A stretch of DNA of 55,187 nt, taken from the NCBI GenBank assembly GCA_036676985.1, contig JAKFBU010000050.1:1-55187 (forward strand), written 5' to 3'. The stretch comes from Candidatus Sericytochromatia bacterium (GTDB lineage Bacteria > Cyanobacteriota > Sericytochromatia > S15B-MN24 > UBA4093). Made by a program: the position numbers and the translations under genes. Positions 1 to 8,342 of the stretch are shown one piece after another (within the stretch, counting starts at the first letter, position 1; each line of letters begins with the position of its first letter). The notes beneath the pieces are model-generated. The model saw only the letters and a list, made by a program, of their open reading frames with translations, had not been told where the DNA came from and did not search any database.

Positions 1-96
1 GGTCCCACCCGTTCCCATCCCGAACACGGTCGTGAAACGCGTCAGCAGCAACGATATTGCCCGGGCAGCTGGGTGAGAAAATAGCCCGCCGCCAGA
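1..96 (+). rRNA. rrf: 5S rRNA, 5'-truncated by the window edge
   Basis: CCCATCCCGAACACGGTCGTGAAAC core and closing ...CCGCCGCCAG. The GCAACGATA...AAAATAGC 3' half resembles cyanobacterial 5S. Confidence 0.95.
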
Positions 97-149
97 ATCT
101 TTAAGCCCTCGAGGCGCCTCCCCTACCCAGGGTCGAGGCGCCTCGGGCC

Positions 150-306
150 GTTCTCGGGTGTTCAAGTCGCCGAAAGTACTTGGCTGTCACCCTGCCCGGC
201 GAAGCTCGCGGCGGCCGGTCTTCCAGGAAAAATTCCAAACTCGGCTTCGCCTCAGACAGTGGAATTTTTCCTTCCAGACCGACCACCGCTCGCAACTACC
301 CAGAAC
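150..306. repeat. Long intergenic palindromic/structured element
   Basis: Perfect 13-bp inverted repeat (225-237/260-272), outer stem 208-221/276-289 and basal stem 150-162/294-306. Confidence 0.55.
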
Positions 307-311
307 GAAGG

Positions 312-340
312 AAACCCCCGCGCTTCGCGCGGGGGCTTTT
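312..340. terminator. Rho-independent terminator, probably bidirectional, between the rRNA transcript and the convergent response regulator
   Basis: CCCCCGCGC-TTC-GCGCGGGGG stem with downstream TTTT and upstream AAA. Confidence 0.8.
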
Positions 341-359
341 GGTTGGTTGGGTCGCTAGG

Positions 360-971
360 TTAGGCCTTCTTGATCGGGGTGGTCTCGAGGTTGACCTCGC
401 GGGCCAGGATGATGGCGTCGGCCACGTCCTTGAGCGGCTTACGCTTGTCCATGCTGAGCTTCTGGATTTTGCGGAAGGCCGCGCTCTCCGAGAGACCGTA
501 GGTCTCCATCAGGATCCCCTTGGCCTTCTCGACCAGCTTACGGGTCTCGAGCGTCTCCTTGAGGCTGCCCACTTCCTTCTCGAGCGTCGACATCTCCTCG
601 GCGCGAGCGAGCACCACCTCGAGGGTGGGCAGCAGGTCATGCTCCTTGATGGGCTTGACCAGGAAGGCGAAGACGCCGAGGCTCACCGCGCGCTCCACCA
701 GCTCGGGCTGGCTGTAGGCCGTGAGCATGATGGTGGGGATGCGGCGGTTCTGGTTGATCCGGCTGATGGCCTCCAGGCCGTCCATCTTGGGCATCTTGAT
801 GTCCATGACGATGAGGTCCGGGTTCAGCTGGTTGGCGAGCTCGACGGCCATCTCGCCGTCGTAGCCCTCGCCCACGATCTCGTGGCCGTGCTCCTTGAGC
901 ATCTCACGGAGGTCCAGGCGAATGATGGATTCGTCGTCGACGAGGAGGATCCGCAACTTCTTCTTGTCCAT
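360..971 (-). CDS. pdtaR: ANTAR-domain response regulator (PdtaR/EutV type)
   Basis: Receiver domain (LVDDE, MDIKMP, LVKP) plus C-terminal ANTAR motif RKLVEKAKGILM...LSESAAFRKIQKLSMD. Confidence 0.9.
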   Translation of the reverse strand: MDKKKLRILLVDDESIIRLDLREMLKEHGHEIVGEGYDGEMAVELANQLNPDLIVMDIKMPKMDGLEAISRINQNRRIPTIMLTAYSQPELVERAVSLGVFAFLVKPIKEHDLLPTLEVVLARAEEMSTLEKEVGSLKETLETRKLVEKAKGILMETYGLSESAAFRKIQKLSMDKRKPLKDVADAIILAREVNLETTPIKKA

Positions 972-977
972 GATGGG

Positions 978-2441
978 TTAGCCTCTTTCTGAGACGGGGA
1001 TCGTGATGGTCACGGTCGTCCCCTGTGACGAGCTGTCGATGTCGAGGTCGCCGCGCAGGTCTTGTTGGGCCAGCGTGTAGATGATCTCCCAGCCCAGGTT
1101 GCCGTCCTTGGTGGGCGTGAAGTCCTGCGGCAGGCCGATCCCGTCGTCATGCAACGTGATGCAGATCTTCTCGGGGTCGGGGCTCGAGACCGTGAGCTCC
1201 ACGCGTCCCTGCACCCGGCCCGTGAAGGCGTGCTTGAAGGTGTTCTGCAGGAGCTCGTTGATGATGAGGGCAACAGAGGTGGCCTTCGACGACGAGAGCG
1301 TCACCGGCGAGGACGGTGCCACCACCCGGGCATCGATCTGCTTCTCGGGCGGAATCATGCTCTGCAGGGAGGCCGAGAGCAGGTTGTAGGCGAGCTCCTT
1401 GATGTCCACGACCTCGACGTCCTCGTGGGAGAGGTACTCGTGGACCAGGGCGATGCTCGAGATGCGATCGATGCAGTCGCTGAGGATGGACTTGACCTCC
1501 GAGTTGCGGCTGCGACGCTGCTGCAGCCGCAAGAGACCCGCGATCGTCTGGAGGTTGTTCTTCACCCGGTGGTGGACCTCCCGGATGATGGTCTCCTTGA
1601 TGGCGAGCTCGCGGTCCTTTTCCTTGATCTCGGTGATGTCCCGCAACACCAGGATGGCCGAGACCACGTCGTCCGCGGGCTCCAGCGCCAGGGTGCGCAC
1701 CGAGAGGGCCATGCGGGAGGCCAGAAGTTCTGTCTCCTCGTAGACGCCGTTGCCCGTCACCTGGCGCCGCTCGCGGTTCACGAGGAAGGTCTCCTCCCAC
1801 TTGAGGCCCTCGAGGAGCTCGGGCAGGCCCATGCGGCGCGCCATGTTACAGGCCGAATGGCTGGCATGCTGGATGACGCCCGACTGGTTGATGAGCAGCA
1901 ATCCGTCACCGGGCTGGATGGAGGGCAGGGCGATGTCGCAGGTGCGAGCCTTGGCGATGAGCGTGAGCACGCCGCGTTCGATGGCCGTGCGATAGAGCTG
2001 GCGCTTCTCTTCGGTGTGCTTGAGCTCTTCGTAGAGATTGCGCTCGACCACCAGGACCCCGCAGGTCTCCCCCTGGTGCGTCAGCGGATAGATGATCTGG
2101 CTCATGGGCTGGCCGTTGACGACCTTGCCCAGGGCTCCGGGGGTGATCGCTCCCGACTTGAGGGCCGTGAACAGGGGGCCAGCCGTTTCGGCCTCGACGA
2201 CCTGGCCCACCTGGGAGCGCAGGTAGAACGACTCGCGCACGGTGGGTTTGGCCTCCGCGACGGCCACCAGCCGCTGGTCGGCCGTGGGCACGTAGATGAG
2301 GAGGTCCGCCGGGATCATGTCGGCCAGAAAGGCCATGTGGCGCGAGAGGTTCACGATCCAGCGCCGATGCGCCTCGTTGGGAATGAGGTCGATGAGTGCG
2401 GCCGGCAGGGAAGGCGTCTGGCTGGTCGTGTTGACGGCCAT
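978..2441 (-). CDS. pdtaS: Soluble sensor histidine kinase (PdtaS/EutW type, HisKA_2)
   Basis: REVHHRVKNNLQ H-box, NELLQN..KHAF N-box, DDGIG G-box. N-terminal LAD...ADLLIY domain, no TM segment. Confidence 0.88.
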   Translation of the reverse strand: MAVNTTSQTPSLPAALIDLIPNEAHRRWIVNLSRHMAFLADMIPADLLIYVPTADQRLVAVAEAKPTVRESFYLRSQVGQVVEAETAGPLFTALKSGAITPGALGKVVNGQPMSQIIYPLTHQGETCGVLVVERNLYEELKHTEEKRQLYRTAIERGVLTLIAKARTCDIALPSIQPGDGLLLINQSGVIQHASHSACNMARRMGLPELLEGLKWEETFLVNRERRQVTGNGVYEETELLASRMALSVRTLALEPADDVVSAILVLRDITEIKEKDRELAIKETIIREVHHRVKNNLQTIAGLLRLQQRRSRNSEVKSILSDCIDRISSIALVHEYLSHEDVEVVDIKELAYNLLSASLQSMIPPEKQIDARVVAPSSPVTLSSSKATSVALIINELLQNTFKHAFTGRVQGRVELTVSSPDPEKICITLHDDGIGLPQDFTPTKDGNLGWEIIYTLAQQDLRGDLDIDSSSQGTTVTITIPVSERG

Positions 2442-2442
2442 G

Positions 2443-3678
2443 CTAAGGCCTCGTGATTCTGGCGAAGCGCCGCTTGCCGACCTGTACGATGAGACCCTCC
2501 GCCGGGATCTCGAGGGTCTGGTTGACGTCCTGGACCGTGTCGGGCTCCTCGCCGCGGTGCAGCTTGACGCCGCCCTGCTGCACGAGGCGCCGGGCCTCGC
2601 TGGTGCTCGCGGCGAGCTTGGCCCCCGTCAGGAGGGCCACGATGCCGATCGAGCCGTCCGTGCTTCCGATACTCGCAAGCGAGACGTCCGCGATGTCTTC
2701 GGGCAGCTGGCGCTGCTGGAATTGCTTGACGAAGGCGTCCTCGCCGCGCTGGCCGGCCTCGGCCCCGTGGAAGCGCGCGACGATGGACTTGGCGAGCCGC
2801 ATCTTGGCGTCCCGCGGGTGCATCGAGCCGCTCTTGAGCTCCGCGACCACGGCTTGGACCTCCGTGAGGGGCAGGCCGGACGCGAGGCGGTAGTAATTCT
2901 CGAGCAGGGCGTCCGGGATCGACATGACCTTGCCGTACATGTCCTCGGGGGCGTCCGTGAGGCCGATGTAGTTGCCGAGGGACTTGGACATCTTCTGGAC
3001 GCCGTCGGTCCCCTCGAGGATGGGGAAGGTCATGACCACCTGCGGCTTGCGGCCGTAGGCCTCCTGGAGCTGACGCCCCATGAGGAGGTTGAACTTCTGG
3101 TCGGTGCCGCCAAGCTCCACGTCTGCATCGATGGCGATCGAGTCGTATCCCTGCATGAGCGGGTAGAGGAACTCGTGCAGCGCGATGGGGTCGTTGCGCT
3201 CGTAGCGCTTGGCGAAGTTTTCGCGCGCGAGCATCTGGGCGACCGTCGTGTGGGCGGCCAGCCGGATCGTATCGGTGAAGGTCAGCTTGTCGAGCCACTC
3301 GCCGTTGTGGTGGATCTCGGCCTTGGAGAGGTCGATGAGGATCCCCAGCTGCTGCAGGTAGGTCTTGGCGTTGGTGTCGATCTCCTCGGCCGAGAGGGGC
3401 GGCCGCGTGGCCTCCTTGCCCGTGGGGTCGCCGATGCGGGCCGTGAAGTCGCCGATGATGACGACCACCTGGTGGCCCAGATCCTGGAAGCGCCGCAGGG
3501 CGTTGAGCACCACCGCGTGCCCCAGGTGCAGGTCCGGCTTGGTGGGATCGAAGCCCAGCTTGATGCGCAGGGGCCTCCCCTCCTTGAGCTTGGCCGTGAG
3601 GCCGCCCTGGGGCAGGACGTCGACGGCTCCCTGTGTGAGGACCTCGAGCTCGGGCGGGGTGAGGGTTTCGGTGGTCAA
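2443..3678 (-). CDS. tyrS: Tyrosine--tRNA ligase
   Basis: GFDPT..DLHLGH (HIGH), ELGGTDQKFN, KMSKS and C-terminal S4-like domain (VGKRRF). Confidence 0.97.
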   Translation of the reverse strand: MTTETLTPPELEVLTQGAVDVLPQGGLTAKLKEGRPLRIKLGFDPTKPDLHLGHAVVLNALRRFQDLGHQVVVIIGDFTARIGDPTGKEATRPPLSAEEIDTNAKTYLQQLGILIDLSKAEIHHNGEWLDKLTFTDTIRLAAHTTVAQMLARENFAKRYERNDPIALHEFLYPLMQGYDSIAIDADVELGGTDQKFNLLMGRQLQEAYGRKPQVVMTFPILEGTDGVQKMSKSLGNYIGLTDAPEDMYGKVMSIPDALLENYYRLASGLPLTEVQAVVAELKSGSMHPRDAKMRLAKSIVARFHGAEAGQRGEDAFVKQFQQRQLPEDIADVSLASIGSTDGSIGIVALLTGAKLAASTSEARRLVQQGGVKLHRGEEPDTVQDVNQTLEIPAEGLIVQVGKRRFARITRP

Positions 3679-3723
3679 CAGGGTCTCCTCCGGCGTTTAA
3701 TCTAACTTTAAAAAACTCTTTCG

Positions 3724-3752
3724 ATTATAGCGAGCGGCTGGGAGGCTGTAAA
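3724..3752 (-). promoter_or_regulatory. Sigma70-type promoter for tyrS-pdtaS-pdtaR
   Basis: TTTACA-N17-TATAAT on the minus strand. Confidence 0.75.
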
Positions 3753-3831
3753 GCCGCGTCAGGGGCCGCTTAGAGAGCCCGTCTGACCCGTTCGGCGGCC
3801 TTCCGGGTGGCGCGCCCGGCCGTGCAGCCCG

Positions 3832-4302
3832 CTACACGATGCCGGGCCGCCAGCGAGGCTCGCCCGTCGCGAGGCCCTGCAGGCTCTCTCGACGCTCGCC
3901 CACGGAGACCCCGAGGCGCGGCTCGGGCGACAAGATGAGCAGCTGGCGCAGTTGGGCCTCGTCCTCGTTGCGGATCCGCTCGACGATGCTCCGGTAATGC
4001 CCCTCGAGGTCGGCGGCGAGGGAGGTGAGCAGGACGATGGCCTGCCGCAGCGTGAACTTCGCGGCCTCGATGCCGGCCTCGCCGGGGCCGAGATCCAGCT
4101 CGACGCGTGGCGGGGGCGCCAGGTCGTGACGCATGGCCAGATCCCAGAGAGAGGCCTTGTGCCGGTCGCTCTGGTCGGCCAGGCGACTCAGGAGCTCGTT
4201 GAGGGGGCTACAAGGGTCGACCGACCGGCCCCAATCCCCGTATATCGCGTAGGCCTGGCGCTCGAGGGCCAGGCATGCCAGCAATGCGTCGTCCAAGCTC
4301 AT
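3832..4302 (-). CDS. Ferritin/rubrerythrin-like helical protein, divergent
   Basis: GGAGG RBS. ALE..AY..Y...L..LA..S..H pattern resembles the first ferritin-like helix pair, but the ligands look incomplete. Confidence 0.5.
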   Translation of the reverse strand: MSLDDALLACLALERQAYAIYGDWGRSVDPCSPLNELLSRLADQSDRHKASLWDLAMRHDLAPPPRVELDLGPGEAGIEAAKFTLRQAIVLLTSLAADLEGHYRSIVERIRNEDEAQLRQLLILSPEPRLGVSVGERRESLQGLATGEPRWRPGIV

Positions 4303-4405
4303 TCAGGGCCTCCTGTCGACATGGAAGCGAACCCGCGCAACGGGTCGATCTTCTCAAAACTTTACAAAGAAGGCAATACCAAGGTGGCCCGGACCTGGCA
4401 GGCCT

Positions 4406-4434
4406 TTGTCGTCTGCCCCAAGTGGTGCTAGAAT
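4406..4434 (+). promoter_or_regulatory. Sigma70 promoter with extended -10 upstream of citrate synthase
   Basis: TTGTCG-N17-TAGAAT with TG at 4426-4427. Confidence 0.7.
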
Positions 4435-4440
4435 GGTGCT

Positions 4441-4600
4441 CACTTGCTTAGCGGAGCGCTTTCGAGTGCCGCCAGACCCACGTCCCGGGTAGCCAGACGG
4501 CTTCCCTTGTGGCTGGAAAGGCCGCCTCGCGCCGGATCCGTACCCCGGGCTTTGCCATATCTCCGAGGGGCCCCCGTCGCTATGACACGTAAGCAAGGCT
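4441..4600 (+). ncRNA. Candidate structured RNA (rod-like, 6S-like or regulatory leader)
   Basis: Closing stem CTTGCTTA/TAAGCAAG begins at the predicted TSS. Nested stems flank an internal bubble. Confidence 0.4.
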
Positions 4601-4630
4601 GAATCGCACGGACCGAAAGGATGACGGATT

Positions 4631-5776
4631 ATGATGGCTGAGAAGGTCGTTCCCTCGAAACCCTACTTCCCCGGCCTCGAAGGGGTCGTTGTGGCCATTT
4701 CGAACATCACCTCGATCAATGGGACCGAGGGCAAGCTCATGTACCGCGGGTACAACATCCACGAGCTTGCCGAGCACTCGACCTACGAAGAGGTGGTTTA
4801 CCTGCTGTTCCAGGGCGAGTTGCCCACCAAGGATCAGCTTTCCGAGCTCAAGGCGACCCTCGCTGCCTCGCGCGCACTGCCTCCCCAGGTCCTCGACGTC
4901 ATCCGCCTCATGCCCAAGGATGCCAACCCCATGGCCGCCCTCCGCACGGCGGTCTCGGCGCTGGCCTTCTTCGACCCCGAGGCCGAGGTCAACACCGAGG
5001 ACGCCAACCGTCGCAAGGCCTTGCGCCTGACGGCCCAGGTCGCGACCATCGTGGCGGCCTTCGAGCGCATCCGCACCGGCAAGGAGCCCATCGCCCCGCG
5101 CACCGACCTCAGCCACGCCGGCAACTTCCTCTACATGCTGAGCGGTGAGGAGCCCAACGACGTCTTCGCGCATGCCATGGACGTCGCCCTCATCCTGCAC
5201 GCGGACCACGAGATGAACGCCTCGACGTTCGCCGCCCGCGTCACGGCCTCGACCCTCTCGGACTTCTATTCGGCCATCACGTCGGCGGTCGGCACCCTCA
5301 AGGGGCCCCTGCACGGCGGCGCCAACACCGAGGTCATGAAGATGTTGCTCGACATCAATGACGAGGCGAAGGTCGAGAGCTACATCAAGGACGGCATGGC
5401 CAAGAAGCAGCGCTTCATGGGCTTCGGCCACCGAGTCTACAAGACGATGGACCCCCGCGCCACGGTGCTCCGCCGCATCTCGCGGGAGCTCGGCGAGCGC
5501 GCCGGCGAGCTCAAGTGGTACAACATGTCCGAGAAGATCGAGCGGATGGTCCGCGAGGAGAAGGGTCTCGACCCCAACGTCGACTTCTTCTCGGCCTCGG
5601 CCTACTACACGATGGGCATCCCCCTCGACCTGTACACCCCGATCTTCGCGGTGAGCCGCATCGCCGGCTGGTCGGCCAACGTGCTCGAGCAGTACGCCAA
5701 CAACCGCCTCATGCGCCCCGACACCGACTACACCGGTGCCAAGGAGCGCTCCTACGTGGCGATGGACAAGCGCTAA
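4631..5776 (+). CDS. gltA: Citrate synthase (short, CitZ/PrpC-like type)
   Basis: GLEGV, LHADHEMNAST, LKGPLHGGAN, GFGHRVYK..DPRA, PNVDF motifs. Confidence 0.93.
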   Translation: MMAEKVVPSKPYFPGLEGVVVAISNITSINGTEGKLMYRGYNIHELAEHSTYEEVVYLLFQGELPTKDQLSELKATLAASRALPPQVLDVIRLMPKDANPMAALRTAVSALAFFDPEAEVNTEDANRRKALRLTAQVATIVAAFERIRTGKEPIAPRTDLSHAGNFLYMLSGEEPNDVFAHAMDVALILHADHEMNASTFAARVTASTLSDFYSAITSAVGTLKGPLHGGANTEVMKMLLDINDEAKVESYIKDGMAKKQRFMGFGHRVYKTMDPRATVLRRISRELGERAGELKWYNMSEKIERMVREEKGLDPNVDFFSASAYYTMGIPLDLYTPIFAVSRIAGWSANVLEQYANNRLMRPDTDYTGAKERSYVAMDKR

Positions 5777-5788
5777 GCTTCCAAGCAG

Positions 5789-5816
5789 AGGGCGGGCCGC
5801 AAGGCTCGCCCTTTTT
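5789..5816 (+). terminator. Rho-independent terminator of citrate synthase
   Basis: AGGGCGGGCC-GCAA-GGCTCGCCCT followed by TTTT. Confidence 0.85.
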
Positions 5817-5834
5817 CCTTGGACTTATGCCATG

Positions 5835-5869
5835 AAAGAAGCGGGGCAGCCGACGGCTGCCCCGCTTCT
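5835..5869 (-). terminator. Rho-independent terminator of mdh
   Basis: AGAAGCGGGGCAGCC/GGCTGCCCCGCTTCT perfect stem followed by T residues on the minus strand. Confidence 0.8.
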
Positions 5870-5880
5870 GGTGGTTGCCC

Positions 5881-6879
5881 TTAGGCCTTGGCGGGCTCGG
5901 CGCCCAGGAGGTGCTTGACGCCGTCGCGCTCCTCGTTGAGCTCGGCCAGGGTGGCATCGAGGCGCTCCTTGCTGAACGCGTCGATCTCGAGGCCCTGGAC
6001 GATCTGGTAGTCGCCGTTGGCGCAGGTGACGGGGAAGCCGAACATGACGCCCTGGGGGATGCCGTAGCTGCCGTCCGACGGCACGCCCATGGTCACCCAC
6101 GCGCCGTTGGTGCCGAGCACCCAGTCGCGGACGTGGTCGATGGCCGCGTTGGCCGCCGAGGCCGCCGACGAGAGGCCGCGGGCCTCGATGATGGCGGCGC
6201 CGCGCTTGGCGACGGTCGGGATGAAGGTCTCGCGGTTCCAGGTGTCGTCGTTGATCTGCCCCTTGACCTGCTGGCCGTCGACGGTGGCGAAGCGGTAGTC
6301 GGGGTACTGGGTGGTCGAGTGGTTGCCCCAGACGACCATCTTCTGGAAGGAGCCGACGGGCTTCTTCAGCTTGGCGGCGAGCTGCGCCAGGGCGCGGTTG
6401 TGGTCGAGGCGGAGCATGGCCGTGAAGTTACGGGGGTTGAGGTCCGGAGCGCTCTTCATGGCGATGTAGGCGTTGGTGTTGGCGGGGTTGCCGACCACGA
6501 GCACCTTGACGTCACGCTTGGCGACCTTGTTGAGGGCCTGGCCCTGGACGGTGAAGATGGCCGCGTTCGCCTCCAGGAGGTCCTTGCGCTCCATGCCCTT
6601 GCTGCGGGGGCGGGCGCCGACCAGGAGCGCGACGTCCACATCCTTGAAGGCGACCTCGGGATCGTCGGTCCCGATAACGTCGGTCAGCAGCGGGAAGGCG
6701 CAGTCATCCAGCTCCATCATCACGCCCTTGAGGGCGGTCTGGGCCTGGGGCAGGTCCAGGAGCTGGAGGATGACGGGCTGATCCTTGCCCAGCATCTCGC
6801 CGCTGGCGATGCGGAACAGCAGGCTGTAGCCGATCTGACCGGCAGCGCCAGTCACGGCAACACGAACAGGGGCTTTCAT
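5881..6879 (-). CDS. mdh: Malate dehydrogenase (MDH type 2)
   Basis: [49 protein letters not shown]. Start reassigned to ATG 6879 (AGGAGA RBS). Confidence 0.96.
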   Translation of the reverse strand: MKAPVRVAVTGAAGQIGYSLLFRIASGEMLGKDQPVILQLLDLPQAQTALKGVMMELDDCAFPLLTDVIGTDDPEVAFKDVDVALLVGARPRSKGMERKDLLEANAAIFTVQGQALNKVAKRDVKVLVVGNPANTNAYIAMKSAPDLNPRNFTAMLRLDHNRALAQLAAKLKKPVGSFQKMVVWGNHSTTQYPDYRFATVDGQQVKGQINDDTWNRETFIPTVAKRGAAIIEARGLSSAASAANAAIDHVRDWVLGTNGAWVTMGVPSDGSYGIPQGVMFGFPVTCANGDYQIVQGLEIDAFSKERLDATLAELNEERDGVKHLLGAEPAKA

Positions 6880-7006
6880 CGTTGAATCTCCTCTAGCGGG
6901 GCGATCGCGCAGCGCGCGTAACAACACGGGCCGCGACGCCCGTAACACTCGCTTGTCAGCTAAAGGAGTCTAGCACGCGGGGCGGCCGGGCGCCATGCGC
7001 CAGCCG

Positions 7007-8275
7007 CTAGCGGGAGGCCTGACCGAACTCGACCTGATGGGGAATGCCGGTGAGCCGCTCCTTGAACTCGCTGAGCGCCATGCTTTCCTGGGTCCCCCAC
7101 GGGTTGGTGTAGTAGGCGCGATCGCCCGAGAGGCCCGTCAGCATGACCTCGTGCAGGGCATGCTCCTGGCCGCCCTCGCCCCAATCGAGGCTCACGCGCA
7201 CCGGCTTGCCTTGGTCCGTGAGCTCCTTGAAGTGACCGATGGCCTGGTCGATCTTGTCGTGCAGGTTCCCCGGGTGGATGCCCTCGAATGGCTTGGCCTT
7301 GCCGCCGAGCCCCGTCACGACGCGGTCGTAGCTCACCAGGCCGGCATCGGCGTCGATGACGACGTCCTTCCGGTTGCGGACCGACGGCGCGGCTGCGTAG
7401 CCCATCAGGCCGGTGGTCCAGAGGCGGGTGGAGATGGAGCGGTTGGTATCGTCCGCCTTCTCGGCGTTCCGGTAGCGGCTCATGGTGTCGCCGTTGGCGA
7501 GCGTCACCTGCCCCTTCGGCGATGCCAGGCCGCCCACCAGGCGGGCGTACTCGGCCGGCTGCTGGCTCGCGAGCTGGATCTGGAGGCTGGTGTAGATGCA
7601 TGTCGCGCGGTTCTGCTGGCTGATGCTCGAGGGCGCCGCCAGCTCCTGGACCAGGTCCGACACCAGCGCCTTGCGGTCGATGGCCGGATGCGCCGGCTGC
7701 TGCGCGATGCGGTCGAGCTCGCCGAGCAGGTCCTTGCCGTCCTTGGAGGGCGTGCCCTGGGTCAGCTTGCCTTCGACGAGCATGAGCTGGAGGGCCAGTC
7801 TAGCCGGCAAGTCGCCCGCCGTGAGCGAGGCGACGCGGTCGTAGGCCTGCTGCTGCTCGGGGGTGAGATCAGCGCGGGCCGCGGTCTCGAGCTCGCGGTT
7901 GGCCGCGATCTGCGCGCCGGCGGCCTGGGCCAGCTCGGCGGTGACCGGGGCGTTCACGTCCCGGAAGTCCTGCTCGATGCGGCGGTACTCGGAAGGCCAT
8001 TCCTTGGTATCGGTCCAGACGGCTTCGGCCTCGGCGCGCGCGGTGGCGGGCGTCCGTGCTTCTTGGGCGGCCTTGGCCTTGGCGACCAGGTCTGAGACGC
8101 TTGCCCCTAGCGTAGCCGCGGTGGAGAGGGTCAGGGCATCGCTCGGCAGCGTGATCTTGGGCTCGGCCTCCGGAACGGGGGCGACGGGCGCCACCGTAGC
8201 CACGGGGCCCTCCGGGCGGCGTGGGGCCGTCAGCGGAGCAAGGGAGCCCAGGAAGTTGGAGATGATGCCGCCCAT
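7007..8275 (-). CDS. Hypothetical protein with putative papain-fold cysteine peptidase domain
   Basis: Q-x5-C (QQNRATC), His (HEVML) and NPWG in clan CA order. Ala/Pro-rich N-terminus, no signal peptide. Confidence 0.6.
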   Translation of the reverse strand: MGGIISNFLGSLAPLTAPRRPEGPVATVAPVAPVPEAEPKITLPSDALTLSTAATLGASVSDLVAKAKAAQEARTPATARAEAEAVWTDTKEWPSEYRRIEQDFRDVNAPVTAELAQAAGAQIAANRELETAARADLTPEQQQAYDRVASLTAGDLPARLALQLMLVEGKLTQGTPSKDGKDLLGELDRIAQQPAHPAIDRKALVSDLVQELAAPSSISQQNRATCIYTSLQIQLASQQPAEYARLVGGLASPKGQVTLANGDTMSRYRNAEKADDTNRSISTRLWTTGLMGYAAAPSVRNRKDVVIDADAGLVSYDRVVTGLGGKAKPFEGIHPGNLHDKIDQAIGHFKELTDQGKPVRVSLDWGEGGQEHALHEVMLTGLSGDRAYYTNPWGTQESMALSEFKERLTGIPHQVEFGQASR

Positions 8276-8342
8276 GGGATGACCTCATGCTCGAGTAGCC
8301 GATGCCGAGCATGTTGTTCCCGGGGCAAGCGAGGGTTTAACG

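Noticed and set aside
3679-3830. T-box leader for tyrS
   Set aside because: The promoter is only about 45 nt from the start, leaving no room, and there is no T-box consensus.
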